A stretch of 64,000 nt of DNA, from NCBI GenBank assembly GCA_964427615.1, contig CAYRUR010000002.1, forward strand, positions 17,847 to 81,846. Direction: 5' to 3'. The stretch is from an uncultured Gammaproteobacteria bacterium. GTDB taxonomy: Bacteria > Patescibacteriota > Microgenomatia > Levybacterales > GWA1-39-11. Positions 17,903 to 27,118 of this stretch are shown piece after piece (position 1 is the stretch's first letter; every line of letters begins with the position of its first letter). The translations under genes were made by a program, and so were the position numbers. The notes under the pieces were generated by a model. The model made no database searches and was not told the DNA's origin. It worked only from the letters and a program-made list of their open reading frames with translations.

Positions 17903-18300
17903 AAAATGAGTATTAAGTATTAAGAAGTAAGTATAGAAAGAAATTCAAAACGCAAAAGTAAAAAGTCAAAAGTTTTGAAATAAACTTCCACCTTATAAAA
18001 TTTGTCATTCCAGACTTGATCTGGAATCCATGTCTTCATTCTCTGGATCCTGGATCAAGTCCAGGATGACATATTTATGTTTGTTTTAATAACTGTTCTA
18101 AACCCCAACCGCTAAACACTTGTTTTCTATGCTCTATTTTCTGTTTACTGCTTTCTGACTTCTTTTCATTCTTAAATCTTGAATCATAAATCCTAAATCT
18201 TATTTTCTGTTCTCTGTTTACTGTTTACTGTTTTCTTTTCCTAATTCTTAATTCATAATTCTTAATTCGTTTCTCTAATCCCTAATCTCTAAACACTCCT
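17903..18300. repeat. composite intergenic word-repeat element, long copy (gagtattaagtatta / aaaacgcaaaag / ttctgtt-ctctgtttactg / cttaaatc / cttaattcataattc / ctctaatccctaatc modules), including the hairpin element 18004-18070
   Basis: Homologous module by module to 40908-41068, 44921-45100 and 49385-49635. Confidence 0.6.
18004..18070. repeat. MITE-like double-hairpin element GTCATTCCAGA...TCCAGGATGAC
   Basis: Imperfect terminal inverted repeats (gtcattccaga / tccaggatgac). Two perfect 7-bp stems: TTCCAGA-cttga-TCTGGAA and TCCTGGA-tcaag-TCCAGGA. Confidence 0.55.
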
Positions 18301-18313
18301 TTACTTCCCACCG

Positions 18314-19111
18314 TCATATTCCCCACTTAGAAAACGCGATGAGGATAAAAACTGCCAAAAACCCTACCCACAAATATTCCCAAAGAATACCTTTGAAAAG
18401 ATGTTTTTCTACCCATGCATGAGACAAACCCAAGTAAGTGTAAAAAATACCAATCAAAAAAATAGAATAAATAGATGCATCTACTGGCCAAACAATAAGC
18501 GCAAATGATAACTGAGTTATCATCAGAGAAATAAGTAAAGAAAGTATGGCAATTTCTTTCATCCGTTCCCTTTCCAAAGCATATGCCCACAAAGACTGAA
18601 ATGTGAGTAAAAATACAATTACAGAAAGCACTAGTGGGGGTACAAACGGCGCAAAACGCAGTGAAAATACGATATTTATCAAGAAAAATAAAACAAGCAA
18701 CGTAATAACAAAAGACACAATACGTGCGCTTCGCAACAAATTAATAGTTCTTATAGCAGAGATTGCAAAGATATTCTGTGCTAAAAATAACGAGTAAAGC
18801 CCAAATGCATACACAAAAGTACTTAATAGCATCGTAACTACTCGTGAAGGAATAAGCAGATAGAAAAATGAAAAAGAAAGAGAATACAAAAATGGCAGAA
18901 TGTAAATAGGAATCGCAAACACTGCCTGCGTATCTTTTTTCACAATCAAAAAAAAGAACCCTACCGTCAACAAGGAAAGAACAAGTCCAAGTGCTAAGTG
19001 AATAGCACCACTAAAAAACCCTGAGGTGAAAAAAAATGCTGAAAGAAAAAAGACACAGGCAACAAATTTTTGTCTTTTATTAAAATTAACAGGTATTTTT
19101 GGAACACGCAT
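18314..19111 (-). CDS. polytopic integral membrane protein (unknown function)
   Basis: 265 aa, about 8 hydrophobic helices. ATG start confirmed. Confidence 0.55.
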   Translation of the reverse strand: MRVPKIPVNFNKRQKFVACVFFLSAFFFTSGFFSGAIHLALGLVLSLLTVGFFFLIVKKDTQAVFAIPIYILPFLYSLSFSFFYLLIPSRVVTMLLSTFVYAFGLYSLFLAQNIFAISAIRTINLLRSARIVSFVITLLVLFFLINIVFSLRFAPFVPPLVLSVIVFLLTFQSLWAYALERERMKEIAILSLLISLMITQLSFALIVWPVDASIYSIFLIGIFYTYLGLSHAWVEKHLFKGILWEYLWVGFLAVFILIAFSKWGI

Positions 19112-19331
19112 ACAATTACAAACTCATTATGGGTCAGATTGTTTAAAAAACAGATACTAACAATCACTAATTATAGTCTATCACTTCCCTCATTTCCACT
19201 TTCACTGCTTTGGTTTAGGATTAGATTATTGTTTATTGATTATTAGCGGGTTAACGAGTTGGAAGACGAAGAGTTTGTAAACCTCGATCAAATGTAGTGC
19301 TTAGAATTTATACTATGACTATAGGATATTT

Positions 19332-20069
19332 CTATTGCTGCACGAAATCTGCATTACTGTAGACACTTTGTACATCATCATGCTCTTCTAGTTTTTCTAA
19401 AAGATTCATCACTCTATTCTGCACTTGCGTATCAGAAACCTCAATAGTTGTATTTGGCTTGTATACAATTTCCGCATTTTCTATTACCAAACCTGCACTT
19501 TCAATTCCTTTCTTAACTGCCTGAAAATCAGTTACAGAAGTACTGATAACCACACTTTCACCCTCTTCTTCTACATCCTCCGCTCCTAACTCCAATGCTA
19601 TATTTAGTATTTCATCCATTGACTTCCCATTTTTTTGTACCACCAGTTCTCCCATGTGTGAAAAAAGATAAGCAACAGATCCGGGATTACCAAATGATCC
19701 TCCATTTTTATCAAATATATTTTTTACTTCAGCTACCGTTCTTTGGTTTTTATCTGTTACAGCTTCGACAATAATTGCTACTCCTCCAGGAGCAAATCCT
19801 TCATACACAACTTCCTCAAGTACTATTCCATCTCCTGCGCCTGCTCCTTTGGCAATTGCTCTGTCAATATTATCTTTGGGCATATTAGCAGCCTTTGCCT
19901 TATCAACTGCAAGTCTTAATTTAAAATTTGACTCAGGGTCAGTAATACCTCCACCCTGCTTCACTGCAATAGTGATTGCATTGGATAACTTACTAAAAGC
20001 CTGACCCCTTTTTTGGTCAGCTGCACCCTTTTGTCTTTTAATTGTTGACCACTTACTGTGTCCACTCAT
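19332..20069 (-). CDS. yebC: YebC/PmpR family DNA-binding transcriptional regulator
   Basis: MSGHSKWSTIKRQKGAADQKRG... is the canonical YebC N-terminus. 245 aa. Confidence 0.9.
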   Translation of the reverse strand: MSGHSKWSTIKRQKGAADQKRGQAFSKLSNAITIAVKQGGGITDPESNFKLRLAVDKAKAANMPKDNIDRAIAKGAGAGDGIVLEEVVYEGFAPGGVAIIVEAVTDKNQRTVAEVKNIFDKNGGSFGNPGSVAYLFSHMGELVVQKNGKSMDEILNIALELGAEDVEEEGESVVISTSVTDFQAVKKGIESAGLVIENAEIVYKPNTTIEVSDTQVQNRVMNLLEKLEEHDDVQSVYSNADFVQQ

Positions 20070-20138
20070 AGCCTCTCATTATACAGCAGTTACCTTGACT
20101 TTTTCAATAAAACTGGTTAAAATAGCATATCTCACACA

Positions 20139-20765
20139 ATGGCACCTCTCAAAGATTTAGCTATAAAACACGCATTACAAAACAACTGGCAAGAAGCAAT
20201 AGAAGCAAATCAACAGTTGCTTGAAGAAAACCCTTCTGATATTGACACCTTAAATAGATTAGCCTTTGCTTACTTAAAATCAAACCACATTGAAGAAGCA
20301 AAAGAATGCTACAGTAAAGTACTGCAACTGGATGCAACTAACCCTATTGCTCTCAAAAACTTAAAAAAAATCGACACAATTGCTCTAAATGGTAACCCAG
20401 TTCATTCAAATGGAAAAGCTGCTCTTTCTTTGGAAAATTTATTTATAGAAGAAGCAGGAAAAACAAAAGTTATTGAGTTAAAAAACATTACTGATAAAAA
20501 GACACTCTCCAATATTCAACCAGGAGATAGCGTAAAACTGGTTATCAAAAGATCTAAAATATTTGTCCAAACCCCAGACGCTACTTATATTGGAATGCTT
20601 CCTGATCAGATGGGAGCTCGACTTATTTCACTTATCCAAGGAGGAAATGAATATCAAGCATATATAAAAGGACTTAGTGAAAAATCAGTAACTATCTTTG
20701 TGAAGGAAATAAAACGATCAAAAAAGTTTAAAGACTTTGCCTCTTTTAGCACGGTAAATGTCTAA
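20139..20765 (+). CDS. tetratricopeptide-repeat protein
   Basis: TPR-like helices (LNRLAFAYLKSNHIEEAKECYSKVLQLDATNPIALKNL). Confidence 0.55.
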   Translation: MAPLKDLAIKHALQNNWQEAIEANQQLLEENPSDIDTLNRLAFAYLKSNHIEEAKECYSKVLQLDATNPIALKNLKKIDTIALNGNPVHSNGKAALSLENLFIEEAGKTKVIELKNITDKKTLSNIQPGDSVKLVIKRSKIFVQTPDATYIGMLPDQMGARLISLIQGGNEYQAYIKGLSEKSVTIFVKEIKRSKKFKDFASFSTVNV

Positions 20766-20769
20766 ATTT

Positions 20770-20925
20770 ACTTCTTTTTTGATACACGAAATAGTATTCT
20801 CTCTTTGTGCAACTCTTTTTTCGCCTCTTCTACTTGCCTACCAATACCCTTCTCTTTCCGTAAAGATACAAGACTCCAAAGGAAAGAAATAAGAAGAAGA
20901 GTCAAAGTAACAATCCAAAAATCCA
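20770..20925 (-). CDS. small TM protein (~51 aa), not in the ORF track
   Basis: Minus-strand ORF MDFWIVTLTLLLISFLWSLVSLRKEKGIGRQVEEAKKELHKERILFRVSKKK read by hand. Coordinates approximate. Confidence 0.2.
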
Positions 20926-20957
20926 TTGCTTGTATTATACCATAAATTTACTACAGG

Positions 20958-21785
20958 CTATTTAAGGAGCTCTTCATGTAAATAAACACTTACATCTGCT
21001 GCTGCAGGTGAAGGACTATAAACAACCGGAATATTTAAAATACGTCCTAGACTGCGGATAGTTTCATTCTCAGGAATCCTTGCAACAATCTGCGATTTAT
21101 CCTTTTTTTCACCGTTTTTGACAAATATGATATTATAACCACCATTTTTAAGCATATGAGAGACATCACCTGCAAATCCATTTACAGAAGTCAGATTTAC
21201 TACCTCCACACTTGTCCCTTCATTAATGATCTCAATACTACGGAATAACTCATTTACTGCATCAATGACGGTTTGATTTCCACTTTGTGTACGAGAGAGC
21301 TCCTGATATACGACTGTTTTTTCTTCAACTTCATCAATAGAACGAGCTAAAAAGAACAATTTGGCAAGATCAAAATTGTTTAAATGTACTCTTGCGTTAT
21401 CAGAAGTAAATAATAGACCAAAGAAAGAACTATAAGAAAAAAAGTCTTTTTTAATATCAGTTGTACTATTAGCTTTTTGCAGTTTGATACTTGCATCCAA
21501 AGGTATTCCTAACGCAATACTTTTTTGTAACAAAGACTTACCATCAAAATCGCCAGGAATGCTCTCAACCTTCAAAACTGCAATTTTTTTACGTTCTTTA
21601 TCTACTTTTATAACAGTAGTTTTATCCGCCTCTACAAGAAAAGTATAGAAAGATGAAGTAAAACTTCTATTTTGAAAAGAAAAAAAAGCCTTACCGCTTA
21701 AAGAAATCAATAAAGCAATGCTTAACAGAAAAAGAAACACCTTTATATATCTCAAATTTGCATGAGTGTTTTTTTTATGAACCAT
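20958..21785 (-). CDS. membrane-anchored protein, possible LytR_C-like C-terminal domain
   Basis: 275 aa. N-terminal TM. C-terminal 'VEVVNLTSVNGFAGDVSHMLKNGGYNII' resembles the LytR C-terminal domain. Weak support. Confidence 0.4.
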   Translation of the reverse strand: MVHKKNTHANLRYIKVFLFLLSIALLISLSGKAFFSFQNRSFTSSFYTFLVEADKTTVIKVDKERKKIAVLKVESIPGDFDGKSLLQKSIALGIPLDASIKLQKANSTTDIKKDFFSYSSFFGLLFTSDNARVHLNNFDLAKLFFLARSIDEVEEKTVVYQELSRTQSGNQTVIDAVNELFRSIEIINEGTSVEVVNLTSVNGFAGDVSHMLKNGGYNIIFVKNGEKKDKSQIVARIPENETIRSLGRILNIPVVYSPSPAAADVSVYLHEELLK

Positions 21786-21805
21786 AGTGTATACAAAATA
21801 AAATT

Positions 21806-22022
21806 AAATTCTAAGCACGAAATTCTAAATTTTAAAAGTTATCGTCATCGCGAAGAAAAGCTTGTTCCCGTGGCGATCTCTTTTTGCAAGGGGATTGCTT
21901 CGTCCGTTTTACTTACTCGCAATGACGGATACCATTCTCTTCTTGCTTTATAAACTTTACAAACTTTCTACTACCTCCAACTCGTTAACTCTTTAACTAG
22001 CAACCCATTAACTAACTTGTCC
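21806..22022. repeat. composite intergenic repeat (aattctaaa words + GTCAT hairpin element + aactcgttaactctttaactagcaaccc module)
   Basis: Same architecture as 49385-49635 and 33200-33383. Confidence 0.55.
21842..21928. repeat. MITE-like element TCGTCATCGCGAAG...GGGGATTGCTTCG...CTCGCAATGACG (87 nt)
   Basis: Terminal inverted repeats cgtcatcgcgaag / ctcgcaatgacg. Second copy at 49426-49504 shares all four conserved blocks. Confidence 0.55.
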
Positions 22023-23696
22023 CTAGCTAAACGCTGCTGCCCCTTTTTGCTTCAAAAGCCGGATTTTATCAAGATTATCTTCTTCTATAATATGAGCCAC
22101 GTGCACACCTCCTGAAAAATGAGGAATAACTACATAATCAGCTCCATGTTTGTACAGCATTTTTTCATCATCTCCATTTTGAGCAAACACAATAACTTTT
22201 GCTTTTTTATTCATCTTATGAATGGAATCAAGCAAAATAAGATTATCCTTTACATCAGGAACTGTCGAGATAATCACTTTAGCAGTATGCAAATGTGCTT
22301 TTTCTTGAATCTCATGATCCGCAATATCACCAAATAATGATAATCCATTTTTCTCTTGTATTTTTTTCACGATATCCGGATTGAAATCAACTACTACAAA
22401 GGTGTGACTACTCTGCTCTAGTGCATGTAAAATACTCATCCCAGTTCTATTGGCGCCAATTAACACTACATGATCTTTCAATTCACCCAATTCCATATGG
22501 TGCTCTACTCCCTTCTTTCTTTCCATAAAGGAAAGATAGCGATGCATTTTTTTATAAATATCATTTCCATGTAAAATAAAGTAAGTAGAGAAAACAAAAG
22601 TAACAACGCCAACAAAAGTAATAGTCGAAACAACCTCTGCAGGAATATGTCCTAAATTATGTCCCATGAAAGCAAGAATAAAACTAAACTCAGAAATTTG
22701 ACCCAAAATTAGTCCGGTAAAAAAGGACGTTCTCTTACGATACCCCATCAGTCCTAAAATAGAAATGACTACAAGAGGGCCTCCTATAAGCACAAAAAAT
22801 GACAGAATAGTTGCTGGAATGACAATAGAAAGCATATCAGCAAAAACCATGTTCATTCCCAGTGATACAAAAAACAACGTGATGAAAAAGTCTCGCAGTG
22901 GTCTCACACGTGCACTGATTTGGAAATGCTCTGTGGAATTAGCTAGTGCAAGACCCGCTAGAAACCCTCCGATTTCAATTGAAAATCCAATCAATGGGGA
23001 ACTCACCAACGCCGCCACACCAAAAGCCCATGCAATGCTAAATAGAAATAACAGTTCTGAAGAACTTGAAACATAACTAATAATTTTAGGAAGTACATAC
23101 TTACTCAAATAAATAACAATTCCAAAAAGTGCAGCAACTTTTGCCAACACAAATGCAAAATCAAAAATAGTTAACCCAGATGAATTCTCAAATCCGGAAA
23201 GAATAACCAAAGTGAGAATAGCAACAAAATCCTGAATCAGTAAAATTCCAATTGCAATTTTTCCGTATAAGCTGTTGAGATCTCGTTTATCAGATAATAA
23301 TTTAACAATAATAATTGTACTGGAAAATGTTAATCCAATGGCAAGATATACTGAAGAAACGAGAGAAAAACCCAGAGCTAGAGAAAGCAAAAAACCTAAG
23401 AGTGCGGTAATAACTACTTGTCCTACTCCAGCAACGACCGCAACTTTACCTACTGATTTCAATTCCTGGAATCGCAACTCCAATCCTAAAGTAAATAACA
23501 AAAGTGTAATACCAAATTCTGATAACACCTGTAATACTTCCTGCCCATCACGAATTTGAAAAAGAGCTAAAGGTCCTACAATAATACCAGTGAGAAGGTA
23601 GGCAAGAATTGGTGGCTGTTTTAAAAAACGAAAGATAAGAGAAAAAACAACTGCAATACAAATTACACTGGTAATTTCAAAAAAAATAAATTCCAT
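22023..23696 (-). CDS. Kef-type monovalent cation:proton antiporter (CPA2) with C-terminal RCK/TrkA-N domain
   Basis: 557 aa. 12-13 TM helices followed by a soluble Rossmann-like domain (VVLIGANRTGMSILHAL). Confidence 0.8.
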   Translation of the reverse strand: MEFIFFEITSVICIAVVFSLIFRFLKQPPILAYLLTGIIVGPLALFQIRDGQEVLQVLSEFGITLLLFTLGLELRFQELKSVGKVAVVAGVGQVVITALLGFLLSLALGFSLVSSVYLAIGLTFSSTIIIVKLLSDKRDLNSLYGKIAIGILLIQDFVAILTLVILSGFENSSGLTIFDFAFVLAKVAALFGIVIYLSKYVLPKIISYVSSSSELLFLFSIAWAFGVAALVSSPLIGFSIEIGGFLAGLALANSTEHFQISARVRPLRDFFITLFFVSLGMNMVFADMLSIVIPATILSFFVLIGGPLVVISILGLMGYRKRTSFFTGLILGQISEFSFILAFMGHNLGHIPAEVVSTITFVGVVTFVFSTYFILHGNDIYKKMHRYLSFMERKKGVEHHMELGELKDHVVLIGANRTGMSILHALEQSSHTFVVVDFNPDIVKKIQEKNGLSLFGDIADHEIQEKAHLHTAKVIISTVPDVKDNLILLDSIHKMNKKAKVIVFAQNGDDEKMLYKHGADYVVIPHFSGGVHVAHIIEEDNLDKIRLLKQKGAAAFS

Positions 23697-23728
23697 TGTT
23701 TTAGTCTAGCATTTCACCGAGATACTAT

Positions 23729-24499
23729 TCAACGAGCAGGAGCATCCAGAGGCTCCAACTGCTCTAAAAATACTGATAATTCTTCAGGTAGGTCAGATAC
23801 AATAGATATCTCTTTTTTTGTCTCAGGATGCATAAAAGATATCTTATGAGCATGCAAAAAAAGTCTGGGTACATATTTTCTATCAAGCTTCATATTTTTC
23901 CTGCCTGCATACAAGGGATCAGCAAATAAGGGATGACCGATATGCAAAAAATGAACTCTAATTTGATGCGTTCTTCCTGTTTGAGGATACGCTTCTACTA
24001 GACTTACTATCTCCTCTTTCTTATTTGCTTTAAATAACCGATACTCTTTTACTTGATATCGAGTAAGTGATTCTCTTCCCTGAGGCAGTACCCCAAAACG
24101 CTTTCTATTCCAAGGAAGCCTACCTAATGGAACATTTATTTCACCAGTTGCAGGAACTATCTTACCATGTGTTAATGCTAGGTACGTTTTTTTTATTGTC
24201 CCTGCCTTAAACTGCGCCATTAAGTCCAGTAAAACAGAAGGCGTTTTGGCAATTAATAAAATACCTGATGTCTCTTTATCAATACGATGAGCAATACCTG
24301 AGCGAGACTGAAAAATCAGATCTTCCTCCGTCGTGTCTGACATATAATACCCTTCTCTCTGCTCTGCCCATTCTTGTACTGTAGTATGGTAACGCGCTGT
24401 GTCTGATTTGTTGACTATCATGCCTGCGGGTTTATCTATAACAAGAAGCGCATCATCTTCATATAAAATGGAGATTGGCAGAATCTGCTGGTTATTCAT
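23729..24499 (-). CDS. RluA-family pseudouridine synthase
   Basis: HRIDKETSGILLIAK is the catalytic Asp motif. 256 aa. Confidence 0.85.
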   Translation of the reverse strand: MNNQQILPISILYEDDALLVIDKPAGMIVNKSDTARYHTTVQEWAEQREGYYMSDTTEEDLIFQSRSGIAHRIDKETSGILLIAKTPSVLLDLMAQFKAGTIKKTYLALTHGKIVPATGEINVPLGRLPWNRKRFGVLPQGRESLTRYQVKEYRLFKANKKEEIVSLVEAYPQTGRTHQIRVHFLHIGHPLFADPLYAGRKNMKLDRKYVPRLFLHAHKISFMHPETKKEISIVSDLPEELSVFLEQLEPLDAPAR

Positions 24500-25179
24500 T
24501 TACGTCTCCTTTTAAACACGATTTGTTGGTTTATCAGCAAGAGGATTCCTGCAACAAAAAATAATCCCATACATAACAGCTGTGAGAAAGAAAAATGAAA
24601 GAAAAGATCAGCGCTTTGTGTAAAAAATAATAATGCTAAAGTGTGCAAACATACCAACATAACTACTAAAAGTGCCACACTTCCATCTCTAAGCGTGTAA
24701 TTGTTGTGAAATTTTATTAACAACGCAAATATTGCTACCAATAGTAAAAAAACTACTCCCTGTGCGTATCCATAGTAAGAAGGTAAAAGAACACTTACCG
24801 TACTTAAAAGAAAAAGAGGAAAAAGAGACAATCCATAGATATCATATACGCGTAACATTGTTTTTTTCTGATGAAAGAAAAAGTACAAAACTGCTGCCAT
24901 GCCCAATATAAAACCAAAAAAAGAAAGACCCGAAAACTTGAAAATATAAAAAAATTGTAATGGATGTATCCAATCAAACTGCAATGTGTCAAAAATAAAA
25001 AATAAGCGCGCCGGAATAAAAGAGATGGCAAAAGCAATAAAAGCAACATCAAATACTCGTGATAGCGAAATATTTTTTCTTAATAACACAAAATCATTTT
25101 TTGATAACACATACAAAACAAACAGTGAAATAACTGAGGCAACAAAAAAAGAAAGATAATAAATAATAGTTAAAGTCAT
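24496..25179 (-). CDS. integral membrane protein (unknown)
   Basis: 227 aa, about 6-7 TM. ATGA-type overlap with rluA. Confidence 0.5.
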   Translation of the reverse strand: MTLTIIYYLSFFVASVISLFVLYVLSKNDFVLLRKNISLSRVFDVAFIAFAISFIPARLFFIFDTLQFDWIHPLQFFYIFKFSGLSFFGFILGMAAVLYFFFHQKKTMLRVYDIYGLSLFPLFLLSTVSVLLPSYYGYAQGVVFLLLVAIFALLIKFHNNYTLRDGSVALLVVMLVCLHTLALLFFTQSADLFFHFSFSQLLCMGLFFVAGILLLINQQIVFKRRRK

Positions 25180-26552
25180 CTTTTAATTAGGTTCACTATT
25201 CTTCTAAAAATAGAGACATGATGAGCAAGTAATTGTACTCTGATAAGCCCTACTGTAGCAATAGATAAGCCAATACCCATCAACACACTTCCTACTCCAA
25301 AGATATCAGCAAGGCCTCCGGCAAGAATAACTGGAACCAAAGAAAACACACCCACCAAAGCAAAAAGCAATCCATATATTTTTGAGCGGAAATTTTCCGG
25401 TGCCATTTCCTGAATTATTGCCTGACTCGGCACAAATACCATAGCATTTCCTACTCCCGCAAAAAAAGAAATAACCAGTGCTAGACTTAGTACGTCTACT
25501 TCTAACCGTGCTGGCAAAAGTGTATTCAAAGTACCAATTACCTCACTATGCGCAATGGAAGTAATGAAAGGAAACAAAAGAAGCACAAAGCCTGACAAAA
25601 ATAACCCGTAATTCATCAAGTTATCTTTACTTTTAACACTGTTCACTCCTCCAATCAACAACGCTGAAAACATAAGTCCGAATGCTGCCGGTGCAAATAC
25701 GAGCAACGAAACATCTTCTGTGGGAACCTGCAAAATACCTTTGGCATATCCAGGAATAACTGTTGCCAACACCAAAATAATAACTTGTGAAAAAATAAGT
25801 AAAAAGAATGCTCCTCGCAATTTTCCACTTTTTCTTAAAATTGCGTAACTATCTAAAAATTCTCTTCTTACTGCATTTTTTAAATCTTTTAACAAATGTT
25901 TTAGCGAAAGCCCTCCTGTCTTTGTTTTTTCCGGAGGGATAGAAAAAGCAGAGACTGAGGCAATAAGAAACAAAATAGAAAGCAGGATAAATACATGGGT
26001 CCTTCCCAAAAGCGTCAAAGCGGGTCCTGCAAGGACATACGCTATTAAGATAGACCCAAACAAATTAAGTCCAAAAATAGAGTTAGCAGCTATCAGTTGT
26101 TTTCTACCTACCAGATGAGGAATCAAAGGCGGTTCTGCAGGCACATAAAATTGAGTAATAATGGCAATTGCCAGAGCTACCAAATACATTACAAATACAG
26201 ACTGAATATTAAAAAATAGAACTACCAGAGCAAGTGCACGCAATATGTTTCCAAACACCAATATTTTAGGTTTACTGATATGATCTGCCACAATACCTCC
26301 AATAAAAGAAAAAATAATTTGAGGAATCAAAAAAATAAGAATCAACATAGATACCGCAAAATTAGAAGAAGTCAGATAAAACACCAAAAAAATTAAAATG
26401 ATGTTCATCATATTAAAGGCAATTTGAGAAAAAATAACAGAAAGAGAGAAATAAAAATAAGGAGGATATGATAACACTTTTAAGATGTGAAAATTTTCAA
26501 ACGCACGAGATATTTGTTTTGCCTTCTTTGATAAGAGGTTTTTTCTATTCAT
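25176..26552 (-). CDS. MFS transporter
   Basis: 458 aa, 12 predicted TM, MFS-like loop motifs. Confidence 0.7.
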   Translation of the reverse strand: MNRKNLLSKKAKQISRAFENFHILKVLSYPPYFYFSLSVIFSQIAFNMMNIILIFLVFYLTSSNFAVSMLILIFLIPQIIFSFIGGIVADHISKPKILVFGNILRALALVVLFFNIQSVFVMYLVALAIAIITQFYVPAEPPLIPHLVGRKQLIAANSIFGLNLFGSILIAYVLAGPALTLLGRTHVFILLSILFLIASVSAFSIPPEKTKTGGLSLKHLLKDLKNAVRREFLDSYAILRKSGKLRGAFFLLIFSQVIILVLATVIPGYAKGILQVPTEDVSLLVFAPAAFGLMFSALLIGGVNSVKSKDNLMNYGLFLSGFVLLLFPFITSIAHSEVIGTLNTLLPARLEVDVLSLALVISFFAGVGNAMVFVPSQAIIQEMAPENFRSKIYGLLFALVGVFSLVPVILAGGLADIFGVGSVLMGIGLSIATVGLIRVQLLAHHVSIFRRIVNLIKR

Positions 26553-26563
26553 ACATGAGGCTT

Positions 26564-27118
26564 TTATGCTCTTTTGGTATAACTTCCGTCCCGAGTATCA
26601 ACTACAACCTTATCATCTACTTCAATAAAAAGAGGAACTCTTACCTTCATGCCATTTTCCAGCACTGCGTCTTTATACACATTACTAGCTGAATCCCCTC
26701 TCACTCCCGGTGCAGTATCTACAATTTTCATGGTTACTTTTGGAGGAAGCATCAGACCCAAAGGTTCTTCCTGATAAAATTGTACGGTAGCCGTATCTCC
26801 TTCTACAAGAAATTCATGGCCTGGTAATAGCGAAATTTCCACTTGAATTTGTTCGTACGTTTCAGGATCCATAAAGTAAGCATTCTCATCATCTTTATAC
26901 AAAAACTGAAGCTCTCTTTTCTGGACATGTATGTTCTGCACTTGTGCTCCACTTATATATCCTCTCTCAACAATAGAGCCACTTCTGATATTGCGCACCT
27001 TTACTTTAATATTGGCAGAACCCCTTCCCATTTTAATGTGCTCATAAGATAGCACTTGGTAGATGTGTCCGTCCTCCTCGTAAGCAGTCCCTGCTCGTAG
27101 CTCTGTAACAGAAATCAT
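26564..27118 (-). CDS. efp: translation elongation factor P
   Basis: 184 aa. KVKVRNIRSGSIVERGY... and the KOW/OB architecture are typical of EF-P. Confidence 0.9.
   Translation of the reverse strand: MISVTELRAGTAYEEDGHIYQVLSYEHIKMGRGSANIKVKVRNIRSGSIVERGYISGAQVQNIHVQKRELQFLYKDDENAYFMDPETYEQIQVEISLLPGHEFLVEGDTATVQFYQEEPLGLMLPPKVTMKIVDTAPGVRGDSASNVYKDAVLENGMKVRVPLFIEVDDKVVVDTRDGSYTKRA

Noticed and set aside
18095-18300. Possible CRISPR array (regularly spaced short repeats)
   Set aside because: Units are only 6-9 bp, imperfect, and lack 25-40-bp repeats with unique spacers. It is a quasi-tandem word repeat, not CRISPR. No cas genes are present.
16656-18313. Possible structured ncRNA (tmRNA, RNase P, 6S, SRP) in the long non-coding stretch
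   Set aside because: No conserved boxes were recognised by eye (e.g. the tmRNA tag reading frame with tRNA-like ends, the RNase P P4 GGAA...AGGAAA, or the SRP domain IV GGAA tetraloop motif). The stretch is AT-rich low-complexity sequence. Only generic hairpins are reported as findings.
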